From the NCBI GenBank assembly GCA_951406725.2, contig OX597821.1:1550001-1614000 (forward strand): 64,000 bases of DNA. Direction: 5' to 3'. The notes under the pieces are model-generated. The model had not been told where the DNA came from. It saw only the letters and a list, made by a program, of their open reading frames with translations, and ran no database searches. Positions 13,515-25,220 of this stretch are shown in pieces (the first letter of the stretch is position 1; each line of letters opens with the position of its first letter). The translations under genes were made by a program, and so were the position numbers. Source of the DNA: Octopus vulgaris (Eukaryota).

Positions 13515-14320
13515 GAGCAGGAGTGGCTCTGTGGTTATTGACAGACCAAAGTGGCCTCCGCAGGTGGCTGCTCTGCTACTGGAAAGAAATGAGTTATTTC
13601 ATACATCAGGCTCCTCCTCAAGGGAGGATTATAGATTACTTTCTTGGTACCCCGACTTGCGGATGCAGGGGTGCCTGCAGGTCGCAAGAGAATTAATCGG
13701 GGACTTGAGGTATGGGGTTCATCGCCTCAATATGTGTCTCATGTTTTAAATTGTAATGGACTTCTTAGTCCAAATAATTGTAAAATAATGTAAATTATAA
13801 GAGGGTTATTACTTCAAGATGTGTCTTTTCAAAAGAATAATGTTATAGAGAAGCAGAGAGTCGGCGGGCGCTTTCTGTCTTCTCTCAACCTTATCATCTT
13901 GTATTATTATCATTTGCCTCATCAATGTCTTGTCCAGCCCACAAAGCTACCAATCTTTGTACTGCCTCTATGGCAAATGAAATGAAATAAAGTAGCTTGC
14001 TTACCAGCAATATGGTTCTGGATTCAGTCCCACTACGTGGCGCCTTGGGCAAGTTTCTTCTATTATAGCCTCGGGCCGATCAAAACCTTGTGAGTGGATT
14101 TGGTAGACGGAAACTGAAAGAAGACCGTCATATATATATATGTGTGTGTGTACATGTTTGTATGTCTGTGTTTATCCACACTCCATCGCTAGACAACCGA
14201 TAATAGTTACGTCCCCGTATCTTAGTGGTTCGACAAAAGAAAACGATAGAAGTACTAGGCTTACAAATAATAAGTCCTTCATGGCCGCAGTCAAATGACT
14301 GAAACAAGTAAAAGAATAAT
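13515..14320 (+). mobile_element. SINE family A interrupted by a 454-bp insert
   Basis: Head gcaggagtggctctgtggt ends at 13535; the SINE resumes with aagtagcttgcttacc at 13990. Confidence 0.8.
13536..13989 (+). mobile_element. Unclassified retro-insert (probable LINE 3' end) in the SINE-A head
   Basis: Splits SINE-A at GTGGT^AAG; ends in gaaatgaaataa; no clear TSD. Confidence 0.55.
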
Positions 14321-15401
14321 AGAATCAAAGAATACAGGCAGACCCCCCACACACACACACACACGCGCGCGCACACATGCACATAAACATACGCACGCAC
14401 ACACACACACACACACACACGCACACACACACACACTGAGTTTTATTCAAATGTATATAATCTTTTTGTCAACAACAGGCCAATATTTACAGGCACATAT
14501 AAATAAAATGTGGCGGCAAAAAATGTAAACAAAAACACAGAGACATGTGAACATACACGTACTCACATACACTTTCTTTCACTCTTTCTCCCCCTAACGG
14601 ACGATCACACACACACACAAGCACACGCACACGCTCGCAGGCACAGACACGCACGCACGCACGCACGCACGCACAGGGGGCCCAAACGTATGTACAAACA
14701 ATGTGCACATATACAAACTACACAGAAATACAAGCACAAACAGTCAAATAGACTCACTATCCAGAGCGGATCTTGAAATTATGTGAAATGTTTTATGTGT
14801 CCAATGAATTTAAACAGAGCTAATCGAATTAATCCGACAAATATCGGTAGAATAATTAAAAGACAGCAAAAGCAAAGAAAAAGAGATTATTATTCCAAAG
14901 CAATCTAAAAATATGTCTAATTCGGAGGCATTGGCAAAATAAATAGATAACAAAGAATTGTAAAACGTCGTAACGGAACGGAAATTGCAGTCTTCGAAAA
15001 CATAGTCAAAACTAAGCTAGGTTAGGACTTCTTCTTCCTAAAGTGGTTCTATTGAAGTCTTGTATAAATACGAAGACAATGAAGAATTCTAACCGCGACT
15101 AATATGAATATTAACTGAATTCAATGTGATAGTATGCTGTTTATTATGTTTAAAGAACTGAAAATGAAGCCGGCGTGGATAGCTATAGAATTCAACTTAA
15201 AATGAGGCCAAGCGGAATCGAATTACAGTTTGAGAAAAAAATGTATTAAAATTTAGTGTTATTGCAAAGCATTATAGAGGAGGTATGTGTTTAAGACGTT
15301 TGCTATGATAGACCGTGCTATTGCGTTCGATTCCACTGTATGGCATATATCCGGTCACTGCTTTCTGCCATAGCCTCGAGTCTAGCGGGGTCTTGTGAAT
15401 A

Positions 15402-15620
15402 CGAGGTGGGGTGCTGAAATGCTCCTGGCTTTAAGGGTATCTCGAAAATCTATGTTGAAGGCTCAACCTTCCAAATTCTTTTACAGGACTTAGAAAAACT
15501 GAAGAACCGCTGCAATAAGTGTGTGAATCTGTGAGAGGAATATGTTGAATAAAATCATAATTGACTGATCCTCCTGTGTTTTCTTTTACCCAAAGCCAGA
15601 AGCTTTTCAGCACACCCTTG
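15402..15620 (+). mobile_element. mariner-derived MITE (internal deletion derivative)
   Basis: TA on both sides; TIRs cgaggtggggtgctgaaatgctcctggctt / aagccagaagcttttcagcacacccttg; retains the transposase C-terminus KLKNRCNKCVNL*EEYVE*. Confidence 0.8.
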
Positions 15621-16185
15621 TATATTATATTCTCCTCATCATCATGAGTTTTATGTATCGTATGGCTGGTTACCCGTTGATATGGCGTATAACTGACCAG
15701 CAGTGCAATACTCATCCTGAAACGAATGCCAGTCTCATGCAATGTTACTCTCCTCCTCCCCCTCTCACTATTCAATGACATCTGTATGTATAAAAGCCAG
15801 GATGTGTGTGTATGTATGTGTGTGTACGTCAATGTAATTTATCCACGTCCACAAATTAGCACGCATGCCGCTCCAATTTTAGGAGGACATTCGTCATCAT
15901 CCTCGCTGTATTTTCGTCAACTTATTTTCCCCAGAGGCACCAGCGAATAGCAGTAAAATTAAATTTTCAACCAAAACTTTTAGCAATTTTCAAGTCGGAG
16001 AAATCACCATTGTTTGCAAACAGGAGTAAATTTTTGTTAAGATTTTTGTTGCTTTTTTTCCATCGAGGTAAAAAGTGTTTTGTTGATATACGGGCAACAC
16101 ACACACACACGAACATGTTTGCGTACAAAAAACATGTATGGAATAGGTGTATGTATGTACGTGTGTGTATGTGTGTGTGTATTGC

Positions 16186-16245
<60 letters not shown>

Positions 16246-16329
16246 AATTTCAACGGATTTCGCCCAAATTTGACGTCGATGTTACTTTGTTTGGTTTGAA
16301 ATAAAGAACTTGATTAGCTTAATAATCCT

Positions 16330-16366
16330 AACTGATTCCTAGGCAAAGCCGAGTTATACTGCTAGT
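16330..16366 (+). mobile_element. Helitron-type 3' end
   Basis: aggcaaagccgagttatactgctagt: decayed subterminal hairpin followed by CTAG-T; similar to the ends at 29643 and 36330. Confidence 0.45.
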
Positions 16367-16904
16367 TTCTACTATTTCCAAAAGTGATTTACAAAATAAA
16401 CATTAAAAAAATCTTCCTCTAAATATTATAGCTGTTTAACCATCACGCATGCTTCATAACGTTCGGAACTGAAATACGTATTGAACTCACTCTCTCATCA
16501 CTCTCTACCATAAAAATGTTGGATATCTAGTATTTTATCAGATATTAATAAAATTTGTCGGACCGATTTTCATGCCGCCGGCCGTCGGAGATATGGAAAC
16601 TAAGTGCTCTCCAACTGCATGAAAATAGATTCGACAAATTTTATTTTTACCTTAAAAATTACTAAGAAATGCTAAATTTCAAACATATCTACACGTTTAG
16701 AGAAATTTCAAACCATAAAAATCGCACTTTAAAATAGTGCTTGGTGACATTGGTGTAATATTCATTTAAACTATGAACAGGTGTTTAGATACATACCAGC
16801 TACAACTAATAGTTGTCTGTACGGAAAGCAAGGCCCTACGTATATCATATTGTCTTTAAATTAAGTGGCGGCAGAAGAATTATCGTTGAACTTTTAAAAG
16901 GCAA

Positions 16905-17028
16905 GTTTATTGTTGCCTACGGCCAGCTGTATGCTTGTTGTTCAAGGGGAGGGAATGGGACCAATCTATTTGTACTGACCCCGAATGGAAAGACAAAAAA
17001 TGCTGTCTATCATGCAGCTTTGCAATAA
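16905..17028 (+). pseudogene. Helitron RepHel (Pif1-like helicase) C-terminal fragment
   Basis: YGQLYACCSRGGNGTNLFVLTPNGKTKNAVYHAALQ* matches the Helitron C-terminal pattern HGQLYVACSRVG..L....GKTKNIVY..AL. Confidence 0.75.
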
Positions 17029-17166
17029 TTTCCAAGTCGACAAGTTATATCATTGTTTTGATGAAAATTGTTCATCGCTTGAAAAATATTGTTCAAGCTT
17101 GATAAAATGTAATATGTTTCTGTCTTTAGGCGCAGGAGTGGCTGTGTGGTAAGAAGCTTGCTTCCC

Positions 17167-18523
17167 GCACATGCGTCGGTCTATTCGCTGTGTTAATTTT
17201 TGACGAGTCGGATAGAATTTTTTGTACTTCTTGGCAGCGGTTTGTGAATGGGCGTTGTATCGGTGGTAAAATGTATTCGGACCTTCGCGAGTATGAGCTG
17301 TCCTCAGCGGAGGAGGAGCTCGTTTAGGCAGTAAATAGAATGGACGAACGTTTGGAAAGAGTAAAGAGTTTTGCTGAGGCTGCAGAGGTGAAGAAAAGGG
17401 AGTTGGACCTAGCCGGACTGAAGGAGCTGAGTAAGATGACACAGAAGGTAGGCGATGACGTAAAGTCATTACCCCCGAAAAGGGTTATGGAAAATATGGA
17501 AAAGAAGACCATTACCTACAAGGTGTACTCAATGGAAAGTAGGAAGGTGGAGATGGAAAAAAGTAGAAAAAGCATTGAAGGGGCTTTCGAAGTAAGTGAC
17601 ATACATAGCGAAAGGAAATGGATATGGGACGGTTGTGGTCCAGTTTAGGTCTCGGAGGAGGCAAAGAGGCTGACGAGTGCAACTGTAAAAACGGAGGCAG
17701 TGGTACTTCTACCTACGTACCTTGGAAGAAAGACTTATAAGGTGAGGGTAGAAGGAATTCCACCCGATATAGAAGTGGCTTGAGTTGCGGCAGCCATCCT
17801 CGTTGGAAGTGAGAAGGAGGTGGCTGTCCTCCAAGCCACAGAAACAGAGGACGAAGGATGGAGAGGAAAAACACTGGACCTCATTATACGGGCAAAGGAG
17901 AGTCAGTTAGAGAGTTTGGCGGAGACGGTGACGTTGGGAAAGATTGTGTTAAGAGTGTCGGTGAAGGGCAGAATCCCACAATGTTTTAATGTGGCCAAAA
18001 TGGCCACATGAGTGCGCACTGCCCTCTGCAGAGGAAAACGACAGAATAAGTGGTGGTAGAGACAGACGAGAAAAAGGAAGAAGTACAGATAGGTGGAAGG
18101 AACAAGGAGGATGAATGGACAGTGATAGAGAATAAAAGGAAAAAGAGAAAGGAGAGGAAGAATAGTCAGTGTTACGGGGGACCTCCAGACCAAATCCATC
18201 TCACCCAAGGCCACTCAGACCCACCCTTCCCATTCAGACACCAAACCCACCCACCCCCTCTCCCCACAAAATTTACAAGACCCCTCCCCCCAGTGAAAAA
18301 CGTTACGTGTGCATGAAGGAGAGAGTGCTATCACTCAGCGATGGGGAAAACGGTAAACGAAAGACTAGAATAAATACTAAAGAGGGTTCAGAACACAGAG
18401 GGGGTGAGTGGTGTTACTCAGTGTGGGGCGAGTAACACACTTTTCATATTCTCATTTCTTAATTGTTATATGTTCCCACATGTGTCGTAGTGTCCCCCTT
18501 TATGACGCAATTTAAAAGACATA
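17167..18523 (+). mobile_element. ORF1-only L1/Tx1-like non-autonomous retrotransposon (HAL1-like architecture)
   Basis: 16-bp TSD aagaagcttg(c/t)ttccc at 17151-17166 and 18524-18539; 5' UTR, one decayed ORF, short 3' UTR ending ataaa; no EN/RT sequence. Confidence 0.75.
17340..18316 (+). pseudogene. Decayed ORF1/gag-like protein (charged N-terminus, RRM-like region, CCHC zinc knuckle, basic tail)
   Basis: Joined across frameshifts: ...GTVVVQFRS..EAKRL...KVRVEGIPPDI...RVSVKGRIPQ CFxCGQNGHMSAHCP (17982-18022) ...EWTVIENKRKKRK. Confidence 0.7.
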
Positions 18524-18663
18524 AAGAAGCTTGTTTCCCAACTACATGGTTCCGGGTTTAGTCCGACTGCATAACACCTGGGACTAGTGTCTTCTACTAT
18601 AACCTCGGGCCGACCAAAGCCTTGTGAATAGATTTGGTAGAGGGAAATTAAAAGAAGCCCGTC

Positions 18664-18697
<34 letters not shown>

Positions 18698-18908
18698 GTG
18701 TCTGTCCCCCACCATCACATGAGAACTGATGTTGGTGTCTTTACGTCCCGTAACTTAGCGGATCGGCAAAAGATGCTGATAGAATAAGTACTAGGCTTAC
18801 AAAGAATAAGTCCGGGGATCGACTTGTTCGTCTAAAGGCGGTACTCCAGCATGGCCGCACACAAATGACTGAAACAAGTAAAAGAATAAAAAATAAAAGA
18901 AACATACT

Positions 18909-19142
18909 CGAGTGGCTGTGTGGTAAGTAGATTTCTTACCAACCACATGGTTCTAGGTTCAGTTCCACTGCGTGGCACCTTGGGCAACTGTCTTCTACTA
19001 TTGCCTCGGGCCGACCAAAGCCTTGTGAGTGGATCTGGTAGACGGAAACTGAAAGAAGCCCGTCGTATATATATATGTACATATATATATATATATATAT
19101 ATATAGATATATATATATAGATATATATATAATATATGTATA

Positions 19143-19216
<74 letters not shown>

Positions 19217-19430
19217 GTGTGTATGTTTCTGTGTCTGTGTTTGTCCCCTTAGCATTGCTTGACAACCGATGCTGGTGTGTTTACGTCCCCGTAACCTGGC
19301 GGTTCGGGAAAAGAGACCGATAGAATAAGTGCTCGGCTTACAAAGAAAAAGTCCTGGCGTCAATTTACTCAACTTAAGGCGGTGCTCCAGCATGGCCACA
19401 GTCAAATGACTGAAACAAGCAAAGAGAGAG
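18909..19430 (+). mobile_element. SINE family A
   Basis: Full copy directly downstream of the previous one. Confidence 0.85.
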
Positions 19431-20090
19431 TAATGAATGAAATGTTATTGAAGAGCGCTCCACAGGAGCTAGTTTAAAAGCCCGCCAATAGCTAAGTACG
19501 TATATATAATGCATGTTTATTTGAGCGTGCGTGCGTGCATGTATGTGGAAAGCAAGAGACACTGGGAGTTCGAGCCGAGTGGGGACGGAGGGAGAGAGAG
19601 AGACTGAAAGAGAACGGAGAGAGAGAGAGAGAAACACATGCACATGGTTATATAAACCTGTACGTCTGTATGGTGTGCACGTGTGTAAGTACTTCTGCAT
19701 AAATATTTCCATTGACCAAACAATAGTAACCAGAAAATATGAAACATATGAAACTAGTAGAATTAACAATAATACTAAACAAACTCTGAGGCTAAAAGTC
19801 TGTAAATATTATCAATGACTATTGTCTGGCTACTAAGAAGTATTTGAAAATAACATAAATAACATTGGTTCCGTACTCTATAGAAATTGCAATGGACGTA
19901 ATCAATCGTGTTTTATGACCTTAAAGTAATCATTGTATATCAATAGTCAGGCACTCATTTTATCTTTGTACAGTGAACATCCCAAGTCAGTGAAGTAAAT
20001 TTTTTTTATATGTGCAATAATGGCGTTGTTTAGAAGAAGCTTGCTTTGAACTGCGTGGTTTCGGCTTCAGGCCCACTGTGAAGGAATATT

Positions 20091-20489
20091 CTTTTCTACT
20101 CTAGGCACAAGGACTGAAATTTTAGGGGATAGTGGGTGGGGCAGTCGATTAGATCGACTCCAGTACGCAACTGGTATTTTATCGAACCCGAAAGGATGAA
20201 AGGCAAAGTCAACTTTGGTGGAATTTGAATCCAGAACGTAAATACAGACGAACTACCTATTTCTTTACTACCCACAAGGGATTAAACACAGAGAAGACAA
20301 ACAAGGACAGACAAACGGATTAAGTCGATTATATTGCTCCCAGTTCGTAACTAGTACTTATTTAATCGACTCCGAAAGGATGAACGGCAAAGTCAACCTG
20401 AGCGGAATTTGAACTCAGAACGTAACGGCAGACGAAATACTTTAAGCATTTCGCCCGGTGCACTAACGTTTCCGCCAGCTCACCGCCTT
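20091..20489 (-). mobile_element. SINE family B dimer inserted as one unit
   Basis: Flanked by 16-bp TSD actgtg(a/t)aggaatatt at 20075-20090 and 20490-20505. Confidence 0.85.
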
Positions 20490-20539
20490 ACTGTGTAGGA
20501 ATATTGCTAACGGAATGAAACATCTGTGGAATACCGTAG

Positions 20540-20596
<57 letters not shown>

Positions 20597-20602
<6 letters not shown>

Positions 20603-20825
20603 CACAAGATAAGGGCAAAAGAAAAATTCTAATGCCAAATATGCCGAAAAAAAGACAAAAATTGACAATTGGCAATTCTTGTCTTTTTTTCAGCATATTT
20701 GGCATTAGAATTTTTCCTTTTGCCCTTATCTTGTGAATTATTTATAAATTTAACCTTTAAAGGTATTTTTGATATGCTGGCCATTGATAAAAATTTTTCC
20801 CGAAAAAAATTTTATCCTACATTAG

Positions 20826-20828
<3 letters not shown>
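20597..20828. mobile_element. Fold-back element between (TA)n tracts: ~145-bp spacerless palindrome plus unique tail
   Basis: ataattcacaagataagggcaaaag...caattg...cttttgcccttatcttgtgaattat (20597-20741). Confidence 0.7.
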
Positions 20829-20913
<85 letters not shown>

Positions 20914-20922
20914 TTTTTTTTA

Positions 20923-21364
20923 ATAAAATTTATGAATAAATGAAAGAATGGAGTTGAACGACAAATTTCCTTTATTTTCGACATATGTTTCGAAGGCTGC
21001 ATATTCCTAATTGTGAAGGAATAAGGAGTACATTATGCCGCTTTCTCATCAGGAAAAACAAAGAATTTATGTCAATATCAAGATTCACAAAAACTTTTAG
21101 ATGACTACACCTTATTCCTTCACAATTAGGAATATGCAGCTTCGAAACATATGTCGAAAATAAAGGAAATTTGTTAATTTGTCGTTCAACTCCATTCTTT
21201 CATTTATTCATAAATTTTATAAAAATACACAAATTTCCACACGAAAACACGTAGTCTCTGCCCTAGGCACTTAACTTCAACCGTGTTATTTCTGATGTGA
21301 ATTTGCTACCCAGGTATCGGTTAAACGAAGTATCCATAAAAAGATATTTCATTTTTCTACTCAA

Positions 21365-21365
<1 letters not shown>
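20923..21365. mobile_element. Penelope-like fold-back remnant with hammerhead
   Basis: Inverted arms 20923-21026 and 21110-21220, unique tail to 21365, (TA)n on both sides. Confidence 0.7.
20975..21057 (-). ncRNA. Type I hammerhead ribozyme, core intact
   Basis: Minus strand: UUUUC-CUGAUGA-GAAAGCGGCAUA...UAUGCAGCCUUC-GAAA-CAUAUG-UC^GAAAA; stem III ACAUAUGU is palindromic. Confidence 0.8.
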
Positions 21366-21403
<38 letters not shown>

Positions 21404-21419
21404 CGTGTGTGTGTGTATG

Positions 21420-21660
21420 TGTGTGTGCATGTGTGTATTTGTGTTTTTGGTAGTCCCCTCCCTACCACTGCTTGTCAACCGGTGTTGGTTTGCTTACTTT
21501 CCAGTGATTTAACAGTACAGCAAAAGTCTCTAACAAAATAAGCAACAGATTTAAATACCAAGAAAGCGAGTACTCTGGTCGAATGCTTCGACTACATCTT
21601 TTAAATTAATGCCCTAGCATGGTCGCAATTCAATGACTAAAACCAGTGTGACACAAAAGA
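21420..21660 (+). mobile_element. SINE family A 3' module, diverged
   Basis: gcttgtcaaccggtgttgg...tagcatggtcgca...atgact. Confidence 0.6.
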
Positions 21661-22129
21661 TACCACCAATATTACCATACGCACTCAGAGAGTCTATATA
21701 AAATCACTAGAATTAAGCAGTCGTCAAAATGAAAGAATCCTTCGAAATATCGTATATACGTGTTGAATCTAACGAGATGGAAAACATTTCGTTGAGTTAT
21801 CATTAAGAACGACAATGGAAGATAATGGCTACTTCTATACTGGTGCAATGTTAGTTTTTATAAATGTCTTTTTTTTTTTCAGAGAGAATTTGGAATCGTT
21901 TTCGAATATAGCATCATTAATGGCAGATATGAATAGATAAGTGACAGAGAAATTTGTAAGATATGGCATATGGAATAAGTGGCTTTGCTTGGCATGATGG
22001 TCAGAAACAGAAATCTTAGTTCAACGATCTAACATCTATATATTTCCAACTTTTGCGTGATGGAATATATGCTTATGTATATGTGTGTGTGAATGGATTT
22101 AATAGACGGAAACTGAAAGAAGCCCGTCA

Positions 22130-22455
22130 TGGCTCAGTGGTTAGAGCGTCCAGCTTACGATCTTGAGGTTGTGATTTCGATTCCCGGACCGGGCTGCGTG
22201 TTGTGTTCTTGAGCAAGACACCTTATTTCATGTTGCTCCAGTTCATTCAGCTGTAGAAATGAGTTGCGACATGACTGGTGTAAAGCTGTATCGGTCTTTG
22301 CCTTTCCATTGGATAACAATAGTGGTGTGGAGATGGGAGGCTGTTATGCACGGGCGACTGCTGGCCTTCCACAAAAACCTTGCCCGGACTTGGGGCCTGG
22401 GAAGTTAACTTTTTAGGTGCAATCCCACCGTCATTCATGGCCGAAGAGTGTCTTC
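22130..22455 (+). mobile_element. SINE family D nested in a SINE-A (22090-22720)
   Basis: tggctcagtggttagagcg head follows SINE-A ...gaagcccgtc; the SINE-A 3' module resumes at ~22540. Confidence 0.8.
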
Positions 22456-22458
22456 TCC

Positions 22459-22502
<44 letters not shown>

Positions 22503-22735
22503 AGTGTGTGTGTGTATATACATGTGTGTGTGTGTGTATGTTTGTGTGTCTGTGTTTCTCACCCCAACATCGCTTGACAACCGATGCTGGTGTGTTTACG
22601 TACCCATAACGTAGTGGTTCAGCTTACGAGACCGATAGAACAAGTACTAGGCCTACAAAAAATAATTCCTGTGGTAGTGCTGCTTGGCGTCAGTGTAATG
22701 ACCGAAACAATTAAAAAATAATAGATATACATATG

Positions 22736-22774
<39 letters not shown>

Positions 22775-22776
<2 letters not shown>

Positions 22777-23167
22777 GGCGCAGGAGTGGCTGTGGTAAGT
22801 AGCTTGCTTACCAACCACATGGTTCGGGTTCAGTCCCACTGCGTGGCACTTTGGGCAAGTGTCTTCTATTATAGCCTCGGGCCGATCAAAGCCTTGTGAG
22901 GGGATTTGGTAGACGGAAATTGAAAGAAGCCCGTCGTATATATGTATATAACATATGTGTATGTTTGTGTGCATGTTTGTGTGTCTGTGTTTGTCCCCCA
23001 CCATCGCTTGACAACCGATGCTGGTGTGTTCATGTCCCCGTAATTTAGAATAAGTACTAGGCTTACAAAGAATAAGTCCTGGGGTCGATTTGCTCGACTA
23101 AAGGTGGTACTCCAGCATGGCCGCAGTCAAATGACTGAAAGAAGTAAAAGAGTAAAAGAGTAAAGAG
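22775..23167 (+). mobile_element. SINE family A
   Basis: Near-consensus copy taggcgcaggagtggctgtg...gtaaaagagtaaaagag. Confidence 0.9.
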
Positions 23168-23197
<30 letters not shown>

Positions 23198-23198
<1 letters not shown>

Positions 23199-23647
23199 TA
23201 ATTAATCAATATAAGGGTAGCAAAAAATTCAAGAGAAATTTTTTCGCCACCAGCGGTCTAGTGAGAAAGAAAAAGTAGTCAACAGACATATAATGTACAT
23301 TCAACAATAATATTAAAGAATGGCCTTAATAGGCCATTCAATTCACTAAAACGAGCAGCTAAACTCAAACCGCTAAATAGTAGTTATTCAGAAAACAAAG
23401 GAAAATTAAAAAGATTTACCCTAATCATCTTTGGACTATGCATAGTTTCGACGTACTTTTTGGTAAACCAGCTAATTAAATTAAATTTAATTTAATCAAG
23501 TCAATTTACCACTGGCCCGTCTCATCGGCAAAGAAGCCAGGAGGATTGATTTCTGAATTACTACTATTTAGCGGTATGAGTTTAGCTGCTCGTTTTAGTG
23601 AGTTGAATGACCTATTAAGACCATTCCTTAATATTATTGTTGTATGT
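23198..23647 (-). mobile_element. Penelope-like fold-back remnant with hammerhead in the spacer
   Basis: Inverted arms 23297-23394 and 23550-23647; flanked by TA-rich microsatellites. Confidence 0.7.
23429..23533 (-). ncRNA. Type I hammerhead ribozyme with one core change (CCGAUGA) and long stem II
   Basis: Minus strand: CUUUG-CCGAUGA-GACG..UGGUAAA..(AU hairpin)..UUUACCA..CGUC-GAAA-CUAUGCAUAG-UC^CAAAG. Confidence 0.75.
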
Positions 23648-23681
23648 ATATATATACATATAGATAGATAGATAGACAGAC

Positions 23682-23723
<42 letters not shown>

Positions 23724-24060
23724 GTACGTATGTGTGTATGTATTTCGCGTTACACTAAGAAGCGGTGCATGATAAAAGAATTATAACAAGATATTCCAAA
23801 TCATTGTTAGAGTACCGGTGTAAGTAATGTTTGGACCGGATACTCTCCTTTTACATCGTATCGTAAAAGTTGTAATAATGAAACTAAACCATATAGCGAT
23901 ATCTTGAAATCATTTAATATGTACGTTTCGGATCTGTGCAACTTATAATAGGAAATACTTTCAATACGTAACATCTTCAGTTGAAATACTTCAGAACATG
24001 TTTAAACATTTAATTGTCATTATGTAGTGGATGCATTTCCTGTTATATATTATGCATAAA

Positions 24061-24080
24061 TAGTAGTAGTAGTAGTAGTA

Positions 24081-24178
<98 letters not shown>

Positions 24179-24185
24179 AATTATA
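24061..24185. repeat. (TAG)n(TAA)n(CAA)n compound microsatellite
   Basis: Seen directly. Confidence 0.95.
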
Positions 24186-24413
24186 ATTTCTTAAGTCACC
24201 ATAACATGGATCTGGTATTGATCATTATATCCTTATTTTGTACAACGGTCGTTTTGACCCACCCTGCTACATGTTGAACGGGGTCCCTTGTGGGTGGAAC
24301 TCCGTTCAGCAGATTTAGTTGCAACGATTTCGCAGTCTGTGTCTCATCAAACCGTGCCAGGGTTCTACTGAACACTTCAACACATTAATTGACACACACC
24401 CATTGGCCCGAAG

Positions 24414-24491
<78 letters not shown>

Positions 24492-24495
<4 letters not shown>

Positions 24496-25110
24496 CAACA
24501 ATTGAGGGTAAAATTAATTAATTATTAATCAATTTCACCAAGTATTCAGTATGCAAAGGGACCATTTAAGGCGAATTCAAAATATTACATTATATAAAAG
24601 GGCTTAGTAAAATAAATTACTTTGCCACATACTGAACTCTTTAGAAATAGCAGCTAAAAAAAATTTTTTTAAAACTATTTCTAATACTTAAAGAAAATCT
24701 CTCTCAGATAGTGTTTGCTCAAACCAACTCACGAAGGTATGGGGGTAAAGACATTAAAAAATCACAAATGCAAAGGTTATTTGAGAACGTACGTTTCTAG
24801 ATTAGTCAAATCGACATTTCTTTCGTCAGCTCAGAACTCCTTGATTCGAATTTGGGAACACTGAAAGTGGGAGCATACCCTTTTGGCTTCTTATCACCTC
24901 CTGAGATCCGCTCGAAACTAACAGTGCTGACAAATTCAAAATATGCAAGCGAAGAATTTCTGCTCTCCCCTTTCCACCAGCGTGGGTTAAAATTGGCAAA
25001 CACTATGTTTTATCGGTGAAAAACCGAAACATTAAACAGAGAGAAATGAATTATAATTTCAACAATGGAGGGTAAAATTAATTAATTATTAATCAATTTC
25101 ACCAAGTATT
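24492..25110 (-). mobile_element. Retrozyme/pLTR-like element: 564-bp unit with 55-bp terminal direct repeat and one hammerhead
   Basis: atttcaacaat(t/g)gagggtaaaattaatt...caccaagtatt at 24492-24546 and 25056-25110; (TA)n on the left, A/T-rich tract on the right. Confidence 0.75.
24782..24833 (-). ncRNA. Type I hammerhead ribozyme
   Basis: Minus strand: UGAG-CUGACGA-A-AGA.AAU.GUC.GAUUU.GAC.UAA.UCU-A-GAAA-CGUACG-UU^CUCA; stem III ACGUACGU is palindromic. Confidence 0.75.
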
Positions 25111-25220
25111 AAATAAATAAATAATTAAATAAATAAAAAATATAAATAAAAATGAAAAAAAAAAAAAATATATATATATATTTATATAAAATTTTATATA
25201 TATATATATATAGAATATAT

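Larger units (their letters stand above)
17128..18900 (+). mobile_element. SINE family A interrupted by a 1357-bp retro-insert
   Basis: Head at 17128-17166; body resumes at 18524. Confidence 0.85.

Noticed and set aside
24255-24354. Hairpin plus minus-strand UUGAUGA...GAAAUCGUU motif
   Set aside because: Stems I and II pair poorly; possibly another fossil hammerhead but not supportable.
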